A stretch of 40,367 nt of DNA from an uncultured cyanobacterium (lineage in GTDB: Bacteria > Cyanobacteriota > Cyanobacteriia > Cyanobacteriales > Cyanobacteriaceae): positions 1 through 40,367 of the forward strand of contig CAVVOP010000034.1 of NCBI GenBank assembly GCA_963749915.1, in the 5' to 3' direction. A program made the position numbers and the translations under genes. Each line of letters begins with the position of its first letter. Within the stretch, counting starts at the first letter, position 1. Positions 30,843 to 39,307 of this stretch are shown piece after piece. The notes under the pieces are model-generated. The model worked only from the letters and a program-made list of their open reading frames with translations, searched no databases and was not told where the DNA came from.

Positions 30843-31823
30843 CTATAAAGGTGGAACTATCCATCTCAGGAATTGGTTAAGACTGAATTGGGATATGGCT
30901 TTTTTAGTATATTGTCCCTTCCCCAGAATTTGATTCGCTACCAATAATCCACTCTCAATAGCCGCCCTTATTCCTTCTCCAAGATCAAGAGAAGCCAAGC
31001 CAGCGGAATCCCCAATCAAAAAGCAGTTATTGCGTTTTAGTTCTCCCTGTTTTGTAAACAAATAGTATCCATGACTTGAGGGTTTCAGCACTTTGCTTGT
31101 TTTTTCATCCAATAATCTGCTTTTTACCAAATCTTTCAAAAACAATTGAAAATGATCGCGGATGTGGGTTTTCGATTGCAGAAAATACCAACTAGGGCCT
31201 CCTAGACCAATATTGAGGAAACCATTCCCTTTTGGGACATACCATGAATAGCCTTTAAGTCCATGATAATAAAAAAAGATATGGGTTATATTATCCCGTT
31301 GGGGATATTCAAATTCCTTTTCTAAAGTCATAATCTGTTTTTTTTGGACACGCTGGTGAGGAAAAAAACTTCTCCTTACTGGACAACTCGTTCCTCCTGC
31401 TCCTACTAGGTATTTACATTGGTATTGATCATCAATGATGTAGTGCTGTTCTTGTTTTTTGATGTTTTTGACATGATGGGTTTTCACTAGAGCCTGAGAA
31501 CGTTGTAGTAACCAGTGATCGAACTCAATCCTGCGAATGGAATAGTCTTTTCTCCATGGCATAACCCAACTTGCCAGAATAGGAAAAAGAAGGGGTGCTA
31601 CATACATTCGTGCTTTCATTTTCAGAATGGAATGAGGATAATCCTCAGGGGTAAATTCTAACTTTTCCATCACTTTAGAAGTAATCCAACCAGCACATAG
31701 CTTCAGTCTTGGAAATGCTTGTTTATCGAGAATCAATACTTCTTTTCCATGTCTCTTTAAGTTCCAAGCACAACTGCTTCCGGCTGGACCACCTCCCACA
31801 ATAATAGTTTCAGAGTATTCCAT
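30843..31823 (-). CDS. FAD-dependent oxidoreductase, geranylgeranyl-reductase family
   Basis: GGGPAGS, FPRLKLCAG, RRIEFDHWL, GYSWYVPKG and IGDSAGLA...GEGI. Confidence 0.88.
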   Translation of the reverse strand: MEYSETIIVGGGPAGSSCAWNLKRHGKEVLILDKQAFPRLKLCAGWITSKVMEKLEFTPEDYPHSILKMKARMYVAPLLFPILASWVMPWRKDYSIRRIEFDHWLLQRSQALVKTHHVKNIKKQEQHYIIDDQYQCKYLVGAGGTSCPVRRSFFPHQRVQKKQIMTLEKEFEYPQRDNITHIFFYYHGLKGYSWYVPKGNGFLNIGLGGPSWYFLQSKTHIRDHFQLFLKDLVKSRLLDEKTSKVLKPSSHGYYLFTKQGELKRNNCFLIGDSAGLASLDLGEGIRAAIESGLLVANQILGKGQYTKKAISQFSLNQFLRWIVPPL

Positions 31824-31846
31824 TGTTTTGTTATGTGCTAGTGTTT

Positions 31847-32983
31847 TTAAAGTTGTTTGCTCAATAAAAACTGGGCATTGCCCAAAACTTCTCCGTTACA
31901 AGCATCAAAAAAAGCAATACACCAGAGTAAATACAGTCGCCAAATACGACGGAATTTAATATAATTCATGCCATAGTCTAGAGTTTTGAAGTAATCTTGA
32001 TTTTGATCAAAATTTTCTAACCAACATTGCAAAGTTTTTGAGTAATTTGAATCCATTTATATACCATTTATCAATAGTTTTAAGGTCTTGATTGTAAAGA
32101 GGTACATTATCACAACTCCAAACTCGGAAACTGGGAAAGATATATTTTTCTAAGAAAAGACTACAAATACTATGGGATACTTTGCTGGAAATAATATGAA
32201 TGAAAAATTTGCCTTCTGGTTTGAGAAAAGAGGCGACTTTTTTCAAGCCATTAGTAAAATTACCAATATGTTCAAATAAACCGATGGCAATAACTTTATC
32301 AAATTTCTGCTCAAAGGTTGCTTTATTGATATCTTCTTCACAAATAGTAAAGCGATCTGAATGAAAATAACTCTCTGGATTTTGCCTTTTGTTGGCGCAT
32401 ATAATCGCAATGTTCTTTACTTAAATTAAGAGCCGTTACTTTACAATTAGGGAACTTTGCTAAAATGTAGTGGGATGCACTACCAAAACCACATCCGATA
32501 TCAAGAATTTCATCACCATCTTGAATTTGAGCTTTTTCAATTACATCTTGAACCATATCTATCTGTGCTTGTTCAAGGTTTTCTGCACCTTTTTCCCATA
32601 GTGCCATGGTATATTTGGGATACATCAATTTACCTTCACCAAGCATTACTTTAAATAGTTCTTTCGGCAGATCATACTGAATTTTCATCAGTTCTTGAGA
32701 ACTTTCTGCTAAGTGTTCACTTTCTGTTAATAGCCATTCATAAGGAACCAAAAGAAAGGGATATTTGCGGTAACAAATAGGGATGATAAAATCTAAAATT
32801 GATTTAACAAAAGAATCGGGTACTTCCAGACCGTTAATATAAGCCTCACATCCGATCATTTGGATAGCATTAAAAAGCTTAATGAAAAAACGGTGTTGAT
32901 GATAAATAGAAGAGAGCAACGGGAACAGATTTTCCTTGAGTCAGTTGCTGTTGTTCTTCATTAACTTTAGCTGTAAAAGTCAT
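31847..32983 (-). pseudogene. Cfa/CNMT-like SAM-dependent methyltransferase with three frameshifts
   Basis: QYDLP..LF..MLG, KYTMALW, ILDIGCGFGS, FEHIG, LEKYIFP, NYSKTL..W and FRRIWRLYL are spread over 4 frames. Shifts near 32915, 32390 and 32050. Confidence 0.85.
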
Positions 32984-33388
32984 ATTTCCACCTCTCTTAA
33001 GTTGTAATATAAAGTTATCACAAATACATATGAATTTTGGCTCTTCTAGTTTAGGTATGATAAATTGTTCACAAAAAGAGTTAATGGGGAATCGGCAACA
33101 GAGAGAAGCCAGCCGATAAAACAACTTTTTAAATATAAAATTAATAATCCATTGTCTATTCCCGAAGTTTTTAATATCTTCTTATCATAACCACTCTGAA
33201 AGAGCCTGAATCTTTGTTTAGAGCTTATTCATCTAACATATTCATTCTAACCTTAATATCAGGAAATAAATATTAAAAAAAGATAATTTATTTAGCAATT
33301 TTCAGATTAAAAATGATAATTGTAGTTTATTTGTTTTGTTGATTTCTTCTTCTTCGATTCTTTGCTTTGTTTTCTCGTTTAAACAGTA

Positions 33389-34018
33389 TCAACCTCTAAT
33401 TGAAATTGCCCATTCTCTAATCTTTTGACGAATTGTTCTTCTACCTGAGTTACGATATTGATTGATAATAGTTGGTATTTCTTGGACAGGAAGATTGGGG
33501 AAAACCAAGCTAGATTCTGATTCTTGATATGTTTCATCTTCCCCCACTAAATAAATTTTCAATTCTCCATCATCATAACTCCAGATTTCGGGAACTTCTA
33601 AACGAGCATAGATGGGAAAGCGATCGAGAGATTTACTGGTAATATCTATTTCTAAGACCAAATCAGGAGGAGGATCTTGATTTAAATCATAATCTAATTT
33701 ACCGCGAATTTTCGACTCATTTTGAAAATAAAAACAATTATCAGCCTCAACTCCCGCCATTTTTGACTGTTTACGCCAAGTAGTCGAACCCAGACTCTCA
33801 TAATCCCTATTTAAAACTTCCGCTATATCTTTAATGCAATCGCCAATACTTTCTTTATAGTATTCATGTTCAGGTAAAGGGGTCATAATTTCTAGTGTTC
33901 CGTTATCATAAGCCACACAAGTACCACGACATTCTCCCAATTCCCCCAGAATGTTTTCAAATTGTTGCCAACTCAGATTATGTAATAAGACTCGATTAGC
34001 ACGATTTTGAGTGAGCAT
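33389..34018 (-). CDS. Uma2-family (PD-(D/E)XK-like) endonuclease domain protein
   Basis: LEIMTPLPEHE, GSTTW, EADNCFY, PPDLVLEIDITS and YARLEVPEIW. Confidence 0.92.
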   Translation of the reverse strand: MLTQNRANRVLLHNLSWQQFENILGELGECRGTCVAYDNGTLEIMTPLPEHEYYKESIGDCIKDIAEVLNRDYESLGSTTWRKQSKMAGVEADNCFYFQNESKIRGKLDYDLNQDPPPDLVLEIDITSKSLDRFPIYARLEVPEIWSYDDGELKIYLVGEDETYQESESSLVFPNLPVQEIPTIINQYRNSGRRTIRQKIREWAISIRG

Positions 34019-34387
34019 AAACGACTGATAGTATAGGGTTTTATTGATAATTGTAACTCAAATTATTTTATTTTCATATGAAATTTGAACCTAATTCGGG
34101 CTTGCTGAAAAAAATACTTAAAATTTTATTAGTATTTACAAACTGAAGGAAAGATAATTTTTTCTTTATCTTGAAAATAATATTGATAACTTATCATTAT
34201 TAATGAGGCGAAAAAACATTTGATTTCTGAAAATAGACACAAAAAAACCAGTAATACCTGCGGATACAGGTAAGATAAATTCATTACTGAAAAACTTATT
34301 CCAATTGCGCTAAGTGAACTCCCAAGAAAAAATGATCCGAAAACGGAGATAATGAAATGGAGATCTAATCAGAGAAACAAAAATTAA

Positions 34388-34770
34388 ATGGCGAAAAACT
34401 CCACAATTGAAATCAGCCCTGATTTAAAGTCACTTTATCGTGATACAGCCGAAAAATTAACTGGAAGTGACAGAAGACAATTCATGGCACAATTAGTTAA
34501 ACAATGGGGCAGAGGCGGTTATACTTTTGCCGAAAAAGAACTAGGATGGAATCGCCGAACCATTCGCAAGGGAATGATAGAATTAGCTCATGGTCTCTCT
34601 ATTGCTGATAGTTTCAGACTTCGAGGCCGTCATCCCATCGAACAAAACCTACCTCATTTACTCTCGGACATAGGTTCGCTGATAGACCCTGATTCTCAAA
34701 CAGATCCTAGTTTCGGAAGTAGCAAATTATACACCAGAATCAGTGTCTCCAAAGTACGTTGTTTATTAAT
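34388..34770 (+). pseudogene. ISAzo13-family transposase, 5' fragment
   Basis: GSDRRQFMA, AEKELGWNRRTIRKG and SQTDPSF...LYTR. Cut at the IS5 inverted repeat. Confidence 0.8.
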
Positions 34771-35892
34771 AGAACTCTTGCAAAAATAAAATGAATATGA
34801 TTATCCTAATTGTAATGGGCGATCGCCAAAAACAAAAATCGTCAAAATTAGTTGAATCAGGACTTAAGGCATAAAAAATACTTATGTTATTCTCAAAAAT
34901 CAAGAAAAAATAATTATTAATAGAAAAAAAATCAGAAATTAACCATAATAATTATCGGAAACTTTCAGATAGTTAAATAGATTTTGTTTGGAGTTCATAA
35001 TTATAAATGCCAGCAATTAAATTAAATCTTAAACCGAACCTTTTTCTTCTATTTCGATAACGTTCTGACAAGATTTTAAATATTTTTAGCTTTCTATTTA
35101 CGTGTTCTATTACAGTTCTCTGTTTATTTATTTCTCTATTCTTGGCTTTTTCTTCAGCCGTTAGTTTTTTATTTTTTGTCTTCTTTTTGGGGATATCAGT
35201 TAATTTATGTATTTTCTGTATTCCTTGATAGCCTTTATCTACTAAACATTTTATTTTTTGACTTAATGGCAATTTACTTTTCTTAAATATTTTAAAATCG
35301 TGTTCTTTTCCTAGTCCATTTACATAACAAATTATTTCCAAACTTGTTTGATTTACAACTAATTGTGATTTTAAAGTATGTTGTTTCTTTTTGCCACTAT
35401 AGTATCTTTTTTGACCTTTTACCGGTCTCTCTATTGGACTTTCTGTTACATCAATCAGAATGACTTTAATCCCACTTTCAAGTTTCATTAATTCCTTTTT
35501 TCCTGGTAGAGAAAAATAACCTGAATTTAGGAAAATTTTTTCGATTTTATGAACAATTCGACAAACAGTTGATTCGGAAATATTCCAATCTTCAGATATA
35601 TGAAAATAAGTTCTATACTCTCTTAAGTATTGTAATGTGACCAAAACTTGTTCTTCAACGATTAATTTAGGTTTTCTTCCTTTTTTTTTCTTTTTTTCTT
35701 TTTTGACTATTTCTACTAATAAATCATAGGTTTTTTTAGTTACTCCAAACCTTCTCTTAAACTTTTTTGGTGGTAATTTTTCTATTTTTTTTAATTTCAT
35801 AAGCAAATCTTATACTTTTCTAGTAAGCGATCGCTTACATTAACAAATTTTGACACTTAATTTTAACTGATATTCAATTTTGCAAGAGGTCT
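34771..35892 (-). mobile_element. IS5-family (IS702/ISL2-like) insertion sequence
   Basis: IRs AGAACTCTTGCAAAA and TTTTGCAAGAGGTCT (1 mismatch), with AAT on both flanks. Confidence 0.85.
34973..35806 (-). CDS. IS5-family transposase, intact
   Basis: FKRRFGV, LQYLREYRTY, IDVTESPIERP, YSGKKKQHTLK, DKGYQG and R..IEHVNRKLK. Confidence 0.92.
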   Translation of the reverse strand: MLMKLKKIEKLPPKKFKRRFGVTKKTYDLLVEIVKKEKKKKKGRKPKLIVEEQVLVTLQYLREYRTYFHISEDWNISESTVCRIVHKIEKIFLNSGYFSLPGKKELMKLESGIKVILIDVTESPIERPVKGQKRYYSGKKKQHTLKSQLVVNQTSLEIICYVNGLGKEHDFKIFKKSKLPLSQKIKCLVDKGYQGIQKIHKLTDIPKKKTKNKKLTAEEKAKNREINKQRTVIEHVNRKLKIFKILSERYRNRRKRFGLRFNLIAGIYNYELQTKSI

Positions 35893-36054
35893 AATGTGAG
35901 TGGGTAGGGTAGTACACGCTCGCGTTTTTCTTGGCTGTTGGTGTCGGCGATCGCTCTGTGTTATCTCATCTGGAGGAATAATTGTTTCGAGAGCTGGCAA
36001 TAATTCATCTGGTTTAATTTCTGGAGGAATCAGAGTAAATTTTGAGGATTGCAT
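35893..36054 (-). pseudogene. IS4-family transposase, N-terminal fragment
   Basis: After correcting two frameshifts it reads ...LETIIPPDEITQAIADTNSQEKRERVLPTH, resembling the N-terminus of cyanobacterial IS4 transposases. Confidence 0.6.
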
Positions 36055-36096
36055 AGTTAGTTTGTAGACAACCTTCTATTTACTCCTATTTTTCCT

Positions 36097-36760
36097 GTTA
36101 CAGTCCATGGGGCATCGCTGCCCTCACCTCTGATTCAAAACCGTGCATAAGAGTTTCCAGCTTACACGGCTCCTCAGTAGTATATTTCTTGTCTTGAATA
36201 CCCAATTATTGGACTTACTTTCTTGATTTTCATGGCTTTGAGTTAAAAACTCTCACTTATACCTAGATTAATGTCTGGTTCATAATATGTTAACCGTTTA
36301 TTATCACGAAAGTTTATATACTACCGTCCTCACGTCTGCCTATCCTTTGGCTTTCCCAAAGGCATTTGCTTTTTGAAGAATCCTCTGATTTCTGTCCATT
36401 TAGTTGGCTACCCACTCCTTGAAAAGGAGAAAACAGAAACCCTTACTTCGTTCCTAATTTCCGTTTGATGTTAGACTTAGGCTCCCGACTATACGCCGAG
36501 GTTGTCGAGTGCACTCCTGAATCCGGTCAAAACTTCAGGCTCTAACCTATTGCCATTTTGGCTCCAGCTTATCAGCCCCTTTAGCTGGTTTACTCTAACG
36601 ACGCTTCTATTATCAGTTCACAATTGTTGTCCATATCTAACTGAGCTAGCAGGAGTTCCAGATTGAGGCTTCCAGTTACCCGCTTTTATCCCATGCACCG
36701 CAAGTGCCAGATGCCATCCTGACAAATGTGGGATCTAATTAGTTCTTTCAATCCAAGAGA
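36097..36760 (-). ncRNA. ORF-less group II (IIB-like) intron ribozyme, probably 5'-truncated
   Basis: Domain V GAGCCGTGTAAGCTGGAAACTCTTATGCACGGTTT (36172-36138), domain VI ending ...GACTGTAAC at 36097, and a perfect 9-bp domain IV closing stem around only 130 nt. Confidence 0.88.
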
Positions 36761-36762
36761 AT

Positions 36763-36975
36763 ATGGAATCGAATACTGGTTTAGCTAAATCACCAACAAA
36801 GTGTATTAAAACTCAGTGTAATCATATTTTTATGTCAATATATGCAGCGTTTCAATTAGAATGCCTAAAGATCAAGCATAAGGTCAATCATTTTGCTCTT
36901 CGGGGTCGTATTTACATTAAAGCACTCCAAGAAGCTATGACAGAGTTACAGTTTCTCAAGGCTGCGTAACATCAG
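36763..36975 (+). pseudogene. IS701-like transposase, C-terminal fragment with presumed IS end
   Basis: SNTGLAKSPTK...TQCNHIFMSIYAAFQLE...NHFALR. Ends at CTGCGTAACATCAG. Confidence 0.65.
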
Positions 36976-36996
36976 TGAATTAACGGAGAACGGAGA

Positions 36997-37557
36997 ATGG
37001 AGAACGGAGAAGACGTGTTAAGAGAAAATACTGCCCCCGACTGCCCAATCCCTGCTTCTGATGAAAGATTAGAAAATGAGGAGTTTATCAAATATTCTCA
37101 GGGCAAATTGCCAAAAGCGAGAGATATTAAGCGATACCTCCTCACTAATGATAAAACAACGGGCAATCGCATCTTAGAAAGATTATGGTTAGAGTATCAA
37201 CAATGGAAAACAGGAAAGAATAACCCGAATTCTACAGGCTCGGAGTACTTAGATAATTTAATTGAGGAGTATCGAAAAATTCCTGCATGGGAGAAATTTA
37301 ACTGGGAGAAGGTGGATTTTAAAGGTAAACTACCTTGTTTTGATGTCTGGTTAGCCAAGGCTAAAAATTGCCGTGTTGATTACACCTTTACTGAGGATAA
37401 TAGCTTAGGTTATACCCGAAATTTAAGGATATTATTTTATCGATGGTACGAACAGTATTATGTTAAACAATCAGAAACAGTAATACCAGAAAATCCTCAA
37501 GCACTGGGTTTGATAAATGCTTTCCGGCAAATTATGGGAGGAGGTCATTATGCTTAA
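36997..37557 (+). CDS. Hypothetical protein, probably 5'-truncated by the IS; ACGGAGA repeats at its start
   Basis: 186-codon open frame whose stop codon overlaps the next ATG. No recognisable motif. Confidence 0.5.
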   Translation: MENGEDVLRENTAPDCPIPASDERLENEEFIKYSQGKLPKARDIKRYLLTNDKTTGNRILERLWLEYQQWKTGKNNPNSTGSEYLDNLIEEYRKIPAWEKFNWEKVDFKGKLPCFDVWLAKAKNCRVDYTFTEDNSLGYTRNLRILFYRWYEQYYVKQSETVIPENPQALGLINAFRQIMGGGHYA

Positions 37558-37837
37558 ATCGAAACATTATCCTGACTTTTCTCTCAATCCCCATAATGTC
37601 AAAATCGGCGATTGGGTATTTGCGAGGGGGAATGTCGGCAAAGTAATTGACATTCACGTTAATAACGGCAAGATGTTGCAGTTTTGGGTTAATTGGGATA
37701 GTTCTAATGTTCTTAGCCCCGAACTGGCTAACAATCTTCAGAAGGTTAATAAACCGATGGCGATTTCAGATAGCATTCGAGAAGTATCAGAAAAGATTAA
37801 GCTAACTTTACTTACCATTGATGTCAACCTACAGCAG

Positions 37838-38395
37838 CTGACTTTTCACGGTATCTTTTCCCTGAGAAAGGGTTTGGGTGTTAGGGGTTGGGTGATAGGG
37901 AAAATTCAGTTTTTGTTTTCGAGGGCACGAATCAATGCTGATAATAATCTTGCAAGGGATTCACATCTATTTAAAAGAGAATCAATGACTTTCCCCTCTC
38001 CTAACTTTACCCTTTTCGACAATAAAAGATGAGTTTCTAATTCTTTAAGAGAGCCTTGTGCTATGTATAAAAACTGTATATATTCTTTTCGGGTTTTTCG
38101 ACCATGCCCCTCAGCGACATATTGGCGGGAATAGAGGCTGATGCTCGACGAATCTGAGAAATTAACCCGTAAAGTTCTTCTTTGGGGAAATTGCGAGTAA
38201 CTAAGTAGCATTCTTCTGCTAAATCCATGCCTGTTTGCCAAACCTTTAAGTCTCTATACGATTGTATTCCCATCAGTTCTCTAAGTGTTTTTTTTGACTG
38301 TTCAACTATTAAAGCTTATCCTCAATCCCTAATCCTAACACCCAACCCCTAACACCTAACACCTGTCAACCGAAAAAGATGCCGTGAAAAGTTAG
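37838..38395. mobile_element. 558-bp non-autonomous mini-transposon with gene cargo
   Basis: TIRs CTGACTTTTCACGGTATCTTTT and AAAAGATGCCGTGAAAAGTTAG (2 mismatches). 9-bp TSD CTACAGCAG at 37829-37837 and 38396-38404. Confidence 0.92.
37906..38273 (-). pseudogene. Four-helix-bundle protein (23S rRNA IVS / Avd-like family), one +2 frameshift
   Basis: MGIQSYRDLKVWQ...FPKEELYGLISQIRRASASIPAN|VAEGHGRKTRKEYIQFLYIAQGSLKELETHL. Confidence 0.9.
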
Positions 38396-39042
38396 CTACA
38401 GCAGAGGGTAGAGATTAATTATTCTGTGGTGGATGATTATCAAAATGCTTACTCTGAAGGTGTCGAACTTCTCCTCCTATAACCGTCTGGAGAGAAGAAG
38501 GGAGTGGAGAGCAAGTAGGGAGTAGTGAGCAGGGAGTATAGAGTAGTGAAAATAATCAAATAATTGATTCTCATAATTCTGAATTAACCACCACTGGCCA
38601 CTGCCCACTGCCCACTGACTGTTATTATTTGGTTGATGGCTTTCACCGAGTAGATAGAAGCGGCGAAACAAGCAGGAATAACTGAATTACCCTTTATCGA
38701 AAAGCCTGGTACTTATCGAGAGGCTTTATTGTTTTCTCTGGGTGTCAATTCTACTCATGGTTTACGCCGTAGTAATACTGATAAACGTAAGGCTGTCATG
38801 ACTTTACTGCAAGATTCTGAATGGAGTCAATGGAGCGATCGAGTAATAGCCAAACAGTGTCAAGTTTCCCCTACTTTTGTTGCCAAAGTACGTAATCAAG
38901 AAATCCGTACGGTAGTCTAGTGCAGATTTTCAGCGGTAGAATGGGGGTTTCAGGCTATAGATCAAGAGGTTTGAACACTACTTTTCTCAAAACCGTAGGT
39001 TCCTGGGCAAATGCCCCCGCTAGTCCAGAAAGGCTTTTCCAA

Positions 39043-39172
39043 TCCAAAATCCAAAATCCAAAAGCGGTCGGACCCCGTGCCGCCGAAAGGCGCAAGCGGT
39101 GGAAGCCCGCGACGACGGAAGTCGCAAGGGAACGTCCACCAAGAGAGGGAATGCCGACCAAGAATCCAAAAT
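39043..39172. repeat. (TCCAAAA)n STRR array with an embedded ~95-nt GC-rich structured insert
   Basis: Repeat units on both sides and nested inverted repeats inside. Confidence 0.75.
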
Positions 39173-39307
39173 TACCTAGACCGAGAAAATCTATTTTTGC
39201 AAGAGGTCTATTGTTCATTGCCCATTTTTAATTGCTCATTCTCCTCTTCCTCTTTTCTGATAAAATCTTAATGAAATTTAAAAATATGTAAATAAACTTA
39301 ATAATCA

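Larger units (their letters stand above)
3941..35954. repeat. Dispersed HIP1 octamers GCGATCGC (about 14 copies)
   Basis: Seen at about 3941, 4971, 7721, 8095, 16722, 19509, 19836, 20818, 22729, 24195, 28857, 34819, 35827 and 35947. Confidence 0.9.
37550..38920 (+). pseudogene. ParB/Srx-like N-terminal domain protein, interrupted
   Basis: RBS GGAGGAGG then ATG 37550. Reconstructed sequence LQQ|RVEINYSVVDDYQNAYSEGVELPPITV...YYLVDGFHRVEAAK...NSTHGLRRSNTDKRKAV...WSDRVIAKQCQVSPTFVAKVR. Confidence 0.8.

Noticed and set aside
32984..33124. Upstream extension of ORF 32879-33124
   Set aside because: The RBS (GAGAGGTGG) precedes ATG 32983; the upstream part has no coding support.
34096..34300. GGGCTTGCTGAA as another IS/MITE end
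   Set aside because: No partner inverted repeat or transposase found in the window.
36097..38395. Diversity-generating retroelement (Avd-like gene near a group II intron-like RNA)
   Set aside because: No reverse transcriptase and no TR/VR repeat pair. The two elements have independent insertion boundaries.
38920..39271. ORFs 38920-39231, 38955-39218 and 39011-39271
   Set aside because: Open only because of GC-rich repeat sequence; the translations are STRR-derived (SKIQNPK).
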